This document shows positions 30,083-43,840 of a DNA stretch of 64,000 bases, piece after piece. Under the pieces are notes generated by a model that saw only the letters and a list, made by a program, of their open reading frames with translations, made no database searches and had not been told where the DNA came from. A program made the translations under genes and the position numbers. The first letter of the stretch is position 1. Each line of letters starts with the position of its first letter. Source of the DNA: the human T2T-CHM13v2.0 reference genome, Homo sapiens; assembly GCF_009914755.1 (NCBI RefSeq), contig NC_060932.1. One strand, written 5' to 3'.

Positions 30083-30295
30083 TAATCTTGGGTCATTTTT
30101 TATCATTGTTACTATAACAAAACATAATACTTTTTTGTGGCCCTAGTAATTAACAATGCCTGTTCGCACATCCCAGCACTGGAATCAATCCAACTTAGTA
30201 GTAGCCTATATCTGGAATATGTGTGATTACATTTTTATTTCATTTTTGCAAATAATGCTAGCATGTAAATATATTCAGAAATTTATTTTATGTAA

Positions 30296-30611
<316 letters not shown>

Positions 30612-33600
30612 CTGAAAATATCATTATTGTAAGTAGTTTTTGAAAATGATTACAAGTATTACAACTAAAGTATCATTTGTTAAAATATACTAAATACTAA
30701 ATAGAGCTAAAAGGGAGGTCTATTCACTTTCTCTAAATTAGTAACTGCTGACAAATGGGATTCTATATACATAAAGAGGGATTTTACTTATCACACTGTT
30801 ACATTTGTTAAAATAGTAGCACATTAACAATTTTAAAGAGTAAGAGTTATCACCATAAAATTTAACAACATAGTTTTCTAGCAAAATTCACTACATGTAC
30901 AACCATTAATCACCAAAAATTTAACTTTATTTTTTTTAATGAGCATTAAACAATAAGGAAAGACCTGCTAATCAAGTTGGTTTCTAGAATGATAGATTTG
31001 CTCATTGACAACCTTCTTGGAACTGAAACACAGTGTCTTTTATTTTTCTCCACTCTACTGCAGTGAAGCTGAAAGCCTAGTCTCCTGGTACCCACCAGCC
31101 CCTTGGCTGAAGCTGAAAGAGAACTGCTGTCCTGGCTGGATTTAAAGCCATTAGTTTAGCAGTTCTGATGCATTTTCTTTCTCAAATCTTTTTATTAGTA
31201 GAGCAGCATGCTCCAGGGTCTGTACTTGTCAGATCATTTTACGCACGGCCCTTGGCTGCTGTCCATGCCTCAGTTTCCCAGATGTGCACACAGGATCATG
31301 TACAGCACTCCCTGCCACATGCTCTTGCTTAAGGATAGGTTTTATATAGATGTCAGATCTTCTAATGTTCAAATAAGAGATGCAATGTACTTCACTTTCA
31401 CTTGTCAGAAAACAAATATTCTCTGAACATTTATGTTTTAGATTCATTGTGTCTGTGCTTTTATTTAGTAAGAGAAGATGTTTTACATATAACTCCTAAG
31501 CCTGTGGTCTTTGCACACATACACAGGAAGATACACTGTAAGGTTCTTAACAAAGAACAAAAGAAAAACAGTTTCAGAAAAACTGGGATGCTGTTTCACT
31601 AACGCACTGGGTTCTGCCACTGGCTTTTACAGTAATGCTATGCCTTGATAGGTTTATTTTCTCGCTTGGAAAAGTAGCTGCTGTGCTATTGTGATGGATG
31701 TTTGCACTGGGGAAGGAAGAGGAGGAGGAGGAGAGGTAGGAGAAGAGAAAGTTGTAATTAGGTACATGTTTATGTTTCTGATCTGTTTCAATCCTGTAAT
31801 TCTACCACCATGGTCAAGGACTACTGGATCACAATTTTATCAAGGACAGAAGTGCAGTCTTTTCTAATCTTTATGTTTCTCACAAAGGACCTAATATATA
31901 TCTAATCCTCTAGGAACTTTTACTAAATATTAGTAATACTGACAGCAATACCAGCAACCTTCTTTAAAGATAATATCTAACTTTGGCCTTAGGTACACCA
32001 CTGGCCTTTGCTTCTTGAGGTACTAACATTAAAGAGCTAATTGTAACCATTTAACCAACATTTAGAAAATAAATGGGATCTTTTTGTGCACAGACATCCA
32101 GACCAAAAAATGACTCCTGGAGAAAAGTTAAGCCCATTTTGATGTAGGTCTCTTCTAATGTTCAAGTTCCAGTTCCTCCCAGAAGCATCCTAACTCTAGA
32201 ATGGAAAGATTTCCTTCTTTTCTTAACTTCCATAAAGAATAATGCTGAATGGAGGCATACACTTCGTACACACTTGTTGATGGATTGAATCCTGTTGAAA
32301 TTGGGCAACAAAATCCTTGTCTGCAAAGTTTAAGAGAAGCTAGAAGTTCCTTGGCATATCATCTGTGCCTAACAATAGTGTATTTCCAGGACTTTTTCCT
32401 TTTCCCAGTGCCCACAAAACAAGCTATTACTTCTCCACAGCTCTCAGAGCTGTCGGTGTCACCACAGCTCTGCTGGAAAATAAGGGGCTGTCATCTTTTT
32501 TTTTTCTTCAGTTATGCAAACTTTCTTTTTACTATACTTTATGTCATTTGACATAGTTTAATGAAATTCTTCTTTCTGGAAAAATTAATTTAACTCTGGG
32601 AATATGTCTAAAATTGGCAGGTAAAAAATGAGAAATGGCACTGCTAAGCAGCAGTTTGTGGACTTTGAAGTGTCCAGGGGAAGGCAATGTGTGTAACTTT
32701 CACTAGTTACTGGAGTTTAAGAACAGTATATCTAACTGTAAATCAAAGGCCTATTTTCAGAAAAAAAATATGAAGGGATCCACAACATTCAGCTCAGGAT
32801 GGAAATCAATGAAGACATTTTGAATAATGGTATCTGAGTAACTTGTTTACTACCAAATCACAATTTCAGTAAGAAGGAAATCTATTGTTGAATCAACAAT
32901 GGAGCTGTTTCCAATCCTTTCTGGAGTAATGTTGGGGGGGAAATAAAAAAATACATAGGTAAATAAATAAAAGTAGTGTTTGGCACTTTTAGGTAAATAT
33001 TATGAATGATTCTGTCCATGAAATTATATCATATGCTGGTGTTATTTAAATATTCTCTAGAGATATTAAACTACACAGGTAATATTAATTCTTACAACTT
33101 CCAACAACATGGGACAGTCAACTTTGGGGAAGTTTGTCTAAGAGCCAGAAGGTAACCAATGATGGCACTGATAACCTGATTGAGGAATAGATTTCTTTCT
33201 TAAGAAGACCTTAGTTACTTTCAAATTTAACATGAATATTTTTCCATGTACATATCTTTGACCTGTTTCACCTCTGTTACATTTAAATTTGAAGTCATGA
33301 TAGTTTTGACATTCAAAATGAACTATGCTACACATTCTTTTCATTTTTGTAGATTAAAATTATTTTCTTCCACTCATCAGTTTCTTTCATCAAATGAAAA
33401 CAGTTTTTCTTGGAATGATTGCCATTTCCCTCAGGTCAGTTGGTAAAAGACTGCCCAAATGATCTGTGTGTTTGCTTGGATGACAGGACTAAGCTATATC
33501 CAGATTTACAAGTTATCTTAATTATCCACATTTTGAGGCTAATTTAGTAGTAGAATAAAATATCTTGAAGAAATTGTACAGCTTTAAATCACTGCTTGTA

Positions 33601-33759
33601 TGACAAGATTATTAATGGATAAAGAATAAATAAGAAACAGTGGGAGTTCCATCGTATGTACTTACCTTTCAATGAAGGGGAAGCAATCTATGCTCACTCA
33701 AACCGAGCCCTGTGGGAGGGTCTGCTGGGCTGCTCACTTGCTGTTGTCTGCCAGGCCTT

Positions 33760-33930
33760 CTCCAAGCCTGGAAAGGACCGGAGGTCCACGTGGCAGGCCA
33801 CACAGAGACTGCTAAGCCATCACCTGAGAGTGGGTCTTTCCGCACAGAAGCTCACCTCCCCCCATGACTCCCCCCATGAGTCATTGGTCTGGAAATCACA
33901 TGAGACGTAATGACCAGTCATACGTCCTGC
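33760..33930. promoter_or_regulatory. Candidate AP-1/E-box enhancer or alternative promoter
   Basis: GC-richer unique patch with CCACGTGG 33786-33793, ATGAGTCAT 33876-33884, ATGACTC 33864-33870 and GACGTAAT 33904-33911. Confidence 0.4.
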
Positions 33931-34230
33931 AGGGTTCAATGGCGGTGACACTTTTCCCCGAGAAGTCTCAATGTTGCGGCCTCCTCAATGGCTGCTGGAT
34001 TTCTCATGGTGGCTGTCTGTGGCATTTTCCATCAGAAAACCCACTGGCAAATCTTCCTGTCAGGCTATAAAGATAACCTCAGAGATGGCCACCAGTAAGC
34101 TAATTTCTTAGCAGAATTTGGCACATTACAAATCAGCAGTTACCCTTGATTTAAAGCTATAAACCACTTTTTTCGATAGGGAGCCTGAAGGCAGGGAGCT
34201 GTGGGACCAGGAAGATTTCAATAGATATGA

Positions 34231-34943
<713 letters not shown>

Positions 34944-35384
34944 ATCCTCTCCTTTCCACCCTGTTTCTCTCTTCCACATTCTATGTTTTATTTTTCCCTT
35001 TGAGGTACTTCTCTTTTTGTTTCCTTTCTTTCTACCACAAGCTCAGCCCACCACCTCAAAGCAATCCAATAAAAAGTTAGCAACTCCTAGTTTTGCACTT
35101 TGTGCTACCATTTAATCTCATTTGCAGCATTGCACCAGCAAAGGGAGATGTGAAACTAACAAGAGATATGTAAATAAAAATATATTAAGAAATCTGGCCA
35201 GCTGGAAGTAACCTGAAATCCAGTTTTGAAATAAACATGGAAGGAGAATAGAATGTCTTATTTAAATTTGGAGTTTTAGTTTGGTTTGAAAGACTGGGGC
35301 ACTATAGAGTTTCTATCAAAATTATCACTCTTGACTTTAAGATGATCTTCAAAGTTTATATCTAAGATACCAAATAGTGTAGAA

Positions 35385-36012
35385 TTCACGAGTATAGGTT
35401 CCTACCTCTTCCACAACCAGATGTTAAATATTGGGCCAGATACTTAAAATCTGGAAGCCTGATTTTTTCATGAATAAAATGAGGATACAAAGCATACTTA
35501 ATCTTAGATCACTGCAAATATTAAATGATACAGTGTGAGTAAAATGCTTTATAAGTTACCTAACAAGTAGTTCATATTAGCAATTATTATGACTATTACT
35601 ATTATTACTATATTTTTAGAAAAACCATTATGAAAGAATTTAAAAATTCAGAGAGCTGAAGTATTTATGTGTGAGTGCTGACAAGATCATATTAGAATAT
35701 TGCATACGATTTTAAGAGTGACGAGGCCAACGAAAATTGAAATGCAAAATGGCAAAGGTCTTATTTAGTTACCTCTCTGCCTGCCGTAATCATGCTGGAT
35801 TCCGCTCCAGTGCAATGGGTTTTGACAGGATTGTGACCCTAGATGTATCACCTGATCATTGTATGAGATTATAAAAGCCATTTAACCTTCTGGGTCTCAG
35901 TCTTTACATCCCTTTTCAACAAAACTGGGATAATAATACCTACCACATAGTGTTATCATGAGGATCACTAGGATAATGAGTTTGACAATGCTTTCTAATG
36001 AGTTAAGTGCTA
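35385..36012 (+). mobile_element. Two MIR copies (about 35385-35590 and 35810-36012)
   Basis: taaaatgaggata...ttaaatgatac; tttaaccttctgggtctcagt...gggataataatacctacc. Confidence 0.7.
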
Positions 36013-36884
36013 TTATCCACTTTTTCTGCAATAAGAGAACACAAATATATTTCTCCTAGAGACACAACTCCTATTAAAAACAAATTGGAGTTAATTTAAA
36101 AGAGCAGCAGGGTTTTTGACAAAGCATCATTATGTATGTCACCTCCATTAGCTTCTGTGATATGGCTCAGGTTGCCCGGTATGTGTGCCTATCTGCATAG
36201 CTGAATCACAGTCATAACAGTCGGAATAGTAAGCAAGGCTGTTTCCCATCCTTGCTTTGGGAAATGAAATAAAGTCAGCACCTCTGGGAAAAGAAGTTTG
36301 CCTGGATAAAGAAAGAACTCATGGAAAAACCATGAGGTTAATTTCAGATATATTGTATTTTTAGATCCCTTTTCATTTGGCTCATGGAACATGTCGGAAA
36401 TGACAATTACACATAATTTATCTAAAGAACATAAAGATACAGGTAGTAACTGGACATTGTTTAACAAAAGCCAAGGTAACAAAGAGACCAAGGATTAGTC
36501 TGCCACCAATGTGATTTCAATCCATCAAAACCTCTTTCTCTTGGAGGAAAATCCTATTTATTTCTACTCTATCTCCTAAGCACAACGAGCAGCTTTTCTG
36601 TGTGGAAGATCCCTGCCCTCCAAGATGCAGCCCTACCCAGGAAAGGCTGCAGAAACCAGCATGCCAGGCTCACTCTCTAACCGAAAAGCTCTGGAAAGAA
36701 GAAAGAATTGTTTCCATTTCTATGTTTGTTTTTTGAGAGAGGCCTAAGCCTCCTGAACATGGCAGTCTCAGTTGCAAAACTCAGCAAATGCTTTTTCAAG
36801 TGTCCAGCAATCTCTTTAGTAATATTGATATTTGTTCTTCCTATCTTTTTTTCAATTAGGCTAACTTTGGCTGCAGGGTAAGTA

Positions 36885-37100
36885 ACCTCTACCACTTACT
36901 GTCTGTAACTTTGATCAAGGTATTTAACCTCTCTCCTCTCTTCCTGTTAGTTTCCTAGTTTGTAAAATGGGAGTAATAGTAATAGTGATGATAATAATAA
37001 TAATAACCACCTTTCTTCTGAGTTTAATGGAAGATGAGGTGAGATTAGATGCAGAAGTGCCTATCCTATTGCCTGGTACACTGTAATAGCCAACACATCT
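36885..37100 (+). mobile_element. MIR
   Basis: tatttaacctctct...gtttcctagtttgtaaaatgggagtaatag...gcctggtaca. Confidence 0.8.
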
Positions 37101-38646
37101 TAATGTCTCTCCTGCCTGCTTTTTCTTGCAAACCACTATTACTTGAAGTGCAACCCCAATGCCACATCATGGGGACAGAAATGCTACAGAGAGGAATTCA
37201 TTAAAGGTCAAGACGAGGCTTGACACACAAGTTCAAGGGGACAGAAGCTCAGTTACAACATGGCCTGACCTGACCTTTTTATGTTCAAATCATTTCCGGG
37301 TCAGGCAAGACCACCCTGGAGTCATTGCATCCTCCTTCTCCCTGTCACCCTTGTATCCTCTCAAAAAAATGTGACCAGCCTTTTGTCTCTTTGATGTGGC
37401 TATAAGTAAAAATGCATAAATGACCTGGAATCCCACCTAAGGATTAGGAATTTAATGGTGATTTAAGCCAATCACCAATCTAATATTTGGAGATAAGGCA
37501 ATTGGAGGACCTTTGATTATTAGTTTAGAACCACAGTCAGATGATATGTTTGTAGAAAGGATGGAGGAACTCAATAAATGGACATTTCAGCAATAAGTTT
37601 GAGGTGCACTGGGAATACCACGAGGGGGTGTTGGGGAGCAACTCAACCAGAGAGGCCCAAGGGAGTGGAGAGTTTGGGAAATGTGACTTGAGACTTAGCC
37701 TGCCACGAGAGGGACCACAGAGAACCTGACCTGACCCCATGCTTTGTGCACAGCTGGCAGAAGCCTCAGGCCTAAACCCCATACCTCACATGAGATCACA
37801 ATTTTTTTTCTTGAAAAAAGAAAATAATTAATACTCAATCTTAAAGCCAGAATCAGGATATTGTTTTGTCTCTAGAAAAGGCTTCTGGAATTATAACTAA
37901 TGGTATAAAAACTAAGAAATAAGTTCACATTAATCCTCATAATTTTATCTTTAATTAATACAATAGCACATTTTTTAGAAAATCACCTTTTTACAAACAC
38001 CTCACTTTCTCTTTGACTTCAAAAGTGACAATTGCAGTGAGGTAAGAAGGGGACTCACCATCTTTCAAATTTACCAAGAAAGAAACTGAGACACAGACTA
38101 AAATGACAGCCCTAGTTTCTCAGCTGGCCAGCAGACACCTCCTGTTCCCAGACAGCATACTCTTTCCCCACCCACATTTGTTCCCATAGGTTAAAAAAAA
38201 AAAAAAAAGCCCTAAAATAAACTGAGTCAGGAAACACTGGTGACAAATAAATCAAACTAGTGGTTAATGCCATGATATACAGTCTTTTTAATTATCCAGC
38301 AATTCTATTGCTGTCAGTGCTTGTGTTCATAACTATTCACTCATTTTTACCTATTCCTTCATAGAACTATTGGCAGAGCAATGTTTTCTCAATTCTTGGA
38401 TTTCCAGCAGGCCACTAGGTGAGACCACACTATCATAAAACTGCTCTTGTTTATCTGCATATTACATCCCCGGTTCCTGGACATTGCTTTCATCCTAGAT
38501 TTCAGAGTCTGATACAACTGTTCAGCAACATCTTATTCTGGATGTTACTACACCTACGCTGTCATCAATAATGTAACATATTCTAGCTATAAAAACATAA
38601 AGTATGAGGCTTCAGATTATCTTAAAGTTATCATTTGATAATTTAA

Positions 38647-38980
<334 letters not shown>

Positions 38981-41900
38981 ATCAAATAGGTTTCTATGAG
39001 GCATCATTAATCATAGGCTAAGCATATTCTGCCCCAAATTTCCCCATCTGAACTCAATTGTGATAGAAACACTTTTATTTAATTCAATTCAGTTAAGTAG
39101 ACTCAGCAAGAAAAATCAAGTCATGTTGTTTCCTTCTGTTTATTTTGGTTAGAAAATTAAGAAGCACTTTACAGAATAATCATGTCCCTCTTTTGAGGAG
39201 TAAGTATAACATTAAATAAAGCACCTTGCCAAATCCTGTATGCATTTATTTCTAAAACCCATTATCCCAAGTGACTAGTTCTGTGGACTAGACATTTTCA
39301 TAAGGGGTAAGGGGGACAGGGAGAGGAAATAGTCATTGTTTTAGAAATGAATAAAGTTTAAAAGACACTGTAATCATCCAGCATCTTTAAAGAGTGCTAT
39401 TTATTAAGAATTAACATATAAAACTATTATCAGTATATTGAAAACAAGACTTTTGTACCATGGTGAAGTTGACAATATGCTATTATCCTGTGGGGTACGT
39501 AAGAAATTAATAAATGAGTTCAGAAATAAAGCACTGATAACAGCAGCTAAAGCTGTGCTTCACAAAAGTTCCTTTAAATCCAGATGCTATCAATGGGTTC
39601 ACATTGGACGCCTCCTCGTAAAATTACCAAATTCTCTTTATCTCTCATGACTGATCATTTAAATTTTTCCTGTCATCTGTTTTCATACTGAGTGTTGAGC
39701 TTTTTTTATTTTCCCCAAGTCCCTGGAAGGGAGGAGGAATCAAAGCCTATCTTGATATGCAGAATCTACAAAGTAGCTAGAACTGGAAAGCTTCCTATCG
39801 GCAGACAAAGCAATCCAAATCCAAGCTACTGTTATATCAAAACTTGTGAAGAGTGGATGGAAAAATATACTGAGGAAAATGCTGACGACCTGCTTTAAAG
39901 CTTAAATATCTTTGTTGCAAGGACAGTGATAAATAGAGAGCAGTTAAGAGTCATCTGGAGTACCAAAATGTCATTCCACTACTGTATTTATTTTTAGCAT
40001 TTATTATTATTCATTGGGCACTCCTAGAATAATGGTGGTGTGAATTATGCATAGCAGAATGGAATGGAGGAATGGTATTTATAATGCTAAATTTACAAAC
40101 ATGAGAGAAATTAGTAATACTATGGTTATCAAAGGAAACAGGCCTAATTAAAGAAATAACTGCTACAAAACCATATGCAACTCAAAGCAGAAAAAGACAA
40201 TTCAAATTTAATGAATGCCTTTAATATTAATTACAGAATTCTTAACAATACATTGGGACAGCTCTCTTGGAGAATTCAGCTTACTGTTTAACAGTTTCTG
40301 ACTAATTTTATTAACCTGTACATCTGAGAGGATCAACCCCCTCTGGGTTTAATTAGAAGGAAATTCAATTTAAATCTAAATGTCAACAGTGGTTACTAAT
40401 TATGGCAGAGCCCTGGACGGGACAGCCAGTCTGTAATCAGGCAGTTCCCTGGTAACAATTAACACTTTCTTTCTGAGTTATGAGTGCATTAGGATATTTT
40501 AAAATAAATACGATTCAGCACGGGACACTGCTAATATCATGAGCCCCTACTGCTAGGTGCAGACATGCAGAAGAGGATGCCAAATTAAATTACAGAGATT
40601 TCTCAAACATATAGCTGAATAATAAGCAGCTACAAAACTAGGTCAGGGTCGAAAAGCTAGAGCTGAATTCCCCTCCCCCAACATGCAAAATAAATATACC
40701 CACTATCTCTGAATAGAAATCATTCTTTTGTTATGCCCTTTGTCAAGAATACATTATTGCAAAATGATATTTATTTCCACAATCTTCACAGCTGTGAGCA
40801 CGACTGAATTAATCTTTCTAGAACTGATTTCATTTGCAATTTCGTAATTACGATTATAAAATGTAAATTTATTACTTAAAAAAGAAATGATTATAAAAGA
40901 CATAGATAAAAAAGACAGTGCTTTATCTATTGGTTTGCTTTGCTTGATACTAATGAAATAAATAGCTGACTAACCCTGAAATAAAAACAAACAGTATAAA
41001 GATGATTGCAAAAATGTGAAATGAAAGCTAGGAAAACAATAAAAAATCAGCTCTTTTAATGTAACACATACAGTGATAATGTGCTCATAGAAGTACCAGA
41101 ACATGCAAATTTTGTCATGGTGAGGCTAAGCTTTAATGGTTAGTCATTTGAGATGTTTCTATTGCTGTTACTCTTTAAATGTTGGCATTAAAGATAATAC
41201 AGAAAATACTTGGGTACCACTAATCTTTTTTCCCCCAGCTTTCAGTTTTATGCTCTTAAATGATAATCTCTAGCAGGCGATTTTCAGACTGTTTAATATT
41301 GATGACCTAAATAACAAATTAGTTTAAAGAAATCCATATTTATGACTTCAATTTTTAGTAAAATGTAGTCACTAAATTGGTCTTCTCTTCTTAAAAAAAA
41401 TCATTTTTTATAATCAATATTTAAATGCCTACTGTGTGCAAGGAATTATACTGGATGCCGGGGTATACATAAGAATTCAAAAACAAGCATCACTTATTCA
41501 ATTGCTACCAGTTAAAAATAATAAAAACAGGTATTTTTTAATAACCAGGACAAAATAAACCATTTATTTTATGAAGTATTTTTATTTACATAACTCACTT
41601 TCCCCCCAAAACTGGAGTGATCCACTTAATTAAAGTATCAATTTAATTTTCCCTGTTTAAAATTGTGACTCATTAATCTGGGCAAACACAATTAGTATAC
41701 ATTGTATTAAATATATTCAAGTGTTAAATGTCAATTACAGAAACACCACTACTGCTAACTATGGCTCAACTAAAAATGAATGTCAGTAAATGATTCTATA
41801 AGCACTTATGCTCATAATAGATGCAGCAGTATATTCAAATAAATATTACCATGTAAAACTGCTATTTATTTATCATGTGACCTCAACCAATAAAGATTCT

Positions 41901-43715
41901 ATTTCTGTATTAGGAATGCCTTGGTTCTCTTTCTGCATTTGATCAAAATCACAAAGCAAAAATGCAAGCAATGTCACAAGGCATGTATTATATTCAAATG
42001 GATCCAAACTAGCTGCAGAGGAAAAGGCCATTTAAGCTTATGTAACAAAATAAGCTTAATAGATATGAATAAATTATTTTTTACCATATGATTCCATTCC
42101 ATTTGCTTTACCTGTCCTAAGATACTGAGTTTTTGATAAAATATTTCTACTTATGACTTTTATAGCTTTGTAGAGTGTGCGCCTAGCAGAGCTTCTGGGT
42201 CAGCCTCCCAATCCCAATATTATCTATCACCTCCTCTAGCATGAAGGTTAATAACTTCTGGCTGAAGATGTCTATATTGCTCCTTCACTGTTTATAGCCA
42301 TGAACTCTTCCAGGGGGACAGATGGCATCCTTCCTCCTTGAAGAGTCCACGTTTCACCTCTGGGAGGCATGCTGCCTCCACCAGGCTGCGAGGACATCGT
42401 CTAGCTTATCTAAACAATTCTAAGGCTGGTATTACTAACATTCCGCAAGTAGACCTTTAGTTAGCTGTAATAAACATATGCTACTTATCATACTGTAGCA
42501 CTGTTTAGAAATTCATAATATTGTTTAAACATTCTATATGTAAATGAAATTTGGAGAGACCCTGTCTATGTAAATTATGCTTTGATTTCTTTTTCTTTAT
42601 TTTTTTAAATGGCATTGTGCATCAGAGAGTATTTTTCACTAACTTCTTCAGCTCTCTACAATATCTTTCAAAATGGTACCTGAGGCACGGTATCATCCCC
42701 TGGAGGGAAACAGCTTAACAAGTGTGCTTTGCTGGTTAATTATAATGCTTCAAGGTCTGTCTTAAACTAGTATTGAATGACTTGTTTGTCCTTTGCTGAG
42801 GATAAATTTGAGATAATTTTCATAGAGATATTCCATTATTAGACACCTGTTAGGTGCTAGATCTCTTAGAAGAAACATGTTTTTAAAACTTAAGTAAAAG
42901 GAATAAACAAGAACAATTACGTTGAATATGTGATAGACAGTATAATAAGCCATGCTTCTTACACCAGTTTTTAACTGCAATTCACCAGGTAATATTATTC
43001 TGAGTATTATATTACAAACTCGGAACAGGTGTCTAGAGCTATTTTTCTACACTTTTAAATGTTAACTCTTTCTCCCTGCATAACTGAAGCTTTAGTTCAG
43101 ATCTTTTGATAACAAAAAAGGAAGTTCTATAACCACAGCTCAATAATAAGGTGAATGGAAAAACAGTTGGTTTCCGTCTCCCTCAACTGCTTACATTGAT
43201 GTGTTCTAGTCAAAAAGAGAAAGAGAGAGTGTACATTCTCCATTATACCAACAACCCCAATGGCAAACGATAGATACAAAGCACTGTTTTTTACTCCCTG
43301 TTGCATAAAGGCTTTATTTTTTATATTTTTATGAGTAATCTAATTTTTACTTTTATTTAGGACCATAAATTCCAAGCAAAGACTGAGTAGATTCATAATG
43401 TGCCACTGTTCAACAAAATATTTTCAGCCATTGAAATGGTAAGGTTTTAAGGAAATCGACAGTCCTATTTTATATTTGTTGTCATAGTATGGTAGTTTTA
43501 CACCATCTTCTCAGGGGCAGACTTGACATTTTTGTGGACAAGAACCCACGTGAGAAAGAAAATATCTGAAATGGGTGTGTCAGTGGGAACAGGGAACTGG
43601 GAAGGCTCTGGAGAATTCCTCTCCCTTTTGTCCCCTACCTTTTGCCCTGGCAGTTGGGCTTAGCAACACAGAGGAGCTCTCAAGTTTTATTTCAATATCA
43701 GGAAGATTCCAGAAT

Positions 43716-43840
43716 AGCGTTTCCCAAAGTCGGTTCCACAGTATGGATAGTATGTCACGCTCCAATAGATTAAGTAAGTTGGGACATGCAAGGTTAAACA
43801 AGTCAATGAATGTCTCTATTGCAAGATTTCCCAGGGGTTC
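43716..43840. mobile_element. Ancient hAT-Charlie-type terminal fragment
   Basis: agcgtttcccaaagtcggttccac...taagttggga...ggttaaacaag; apparently the same family as the 13.9 kb fragment. Confidence 0.45.

Noticed and set aside
38410-38424. GGCCACTAGGTGAG as a CTCF site
   Set aside because: It lacks the critical GGC at the 3' end of the core.
40514-40532. TTCAGCACGGGACAC as a REST/RE1 site
   Set aside because: Half-site spacing is shorter than canonical TTCAGCACCnnGGACAG, and the right half is degenerate.
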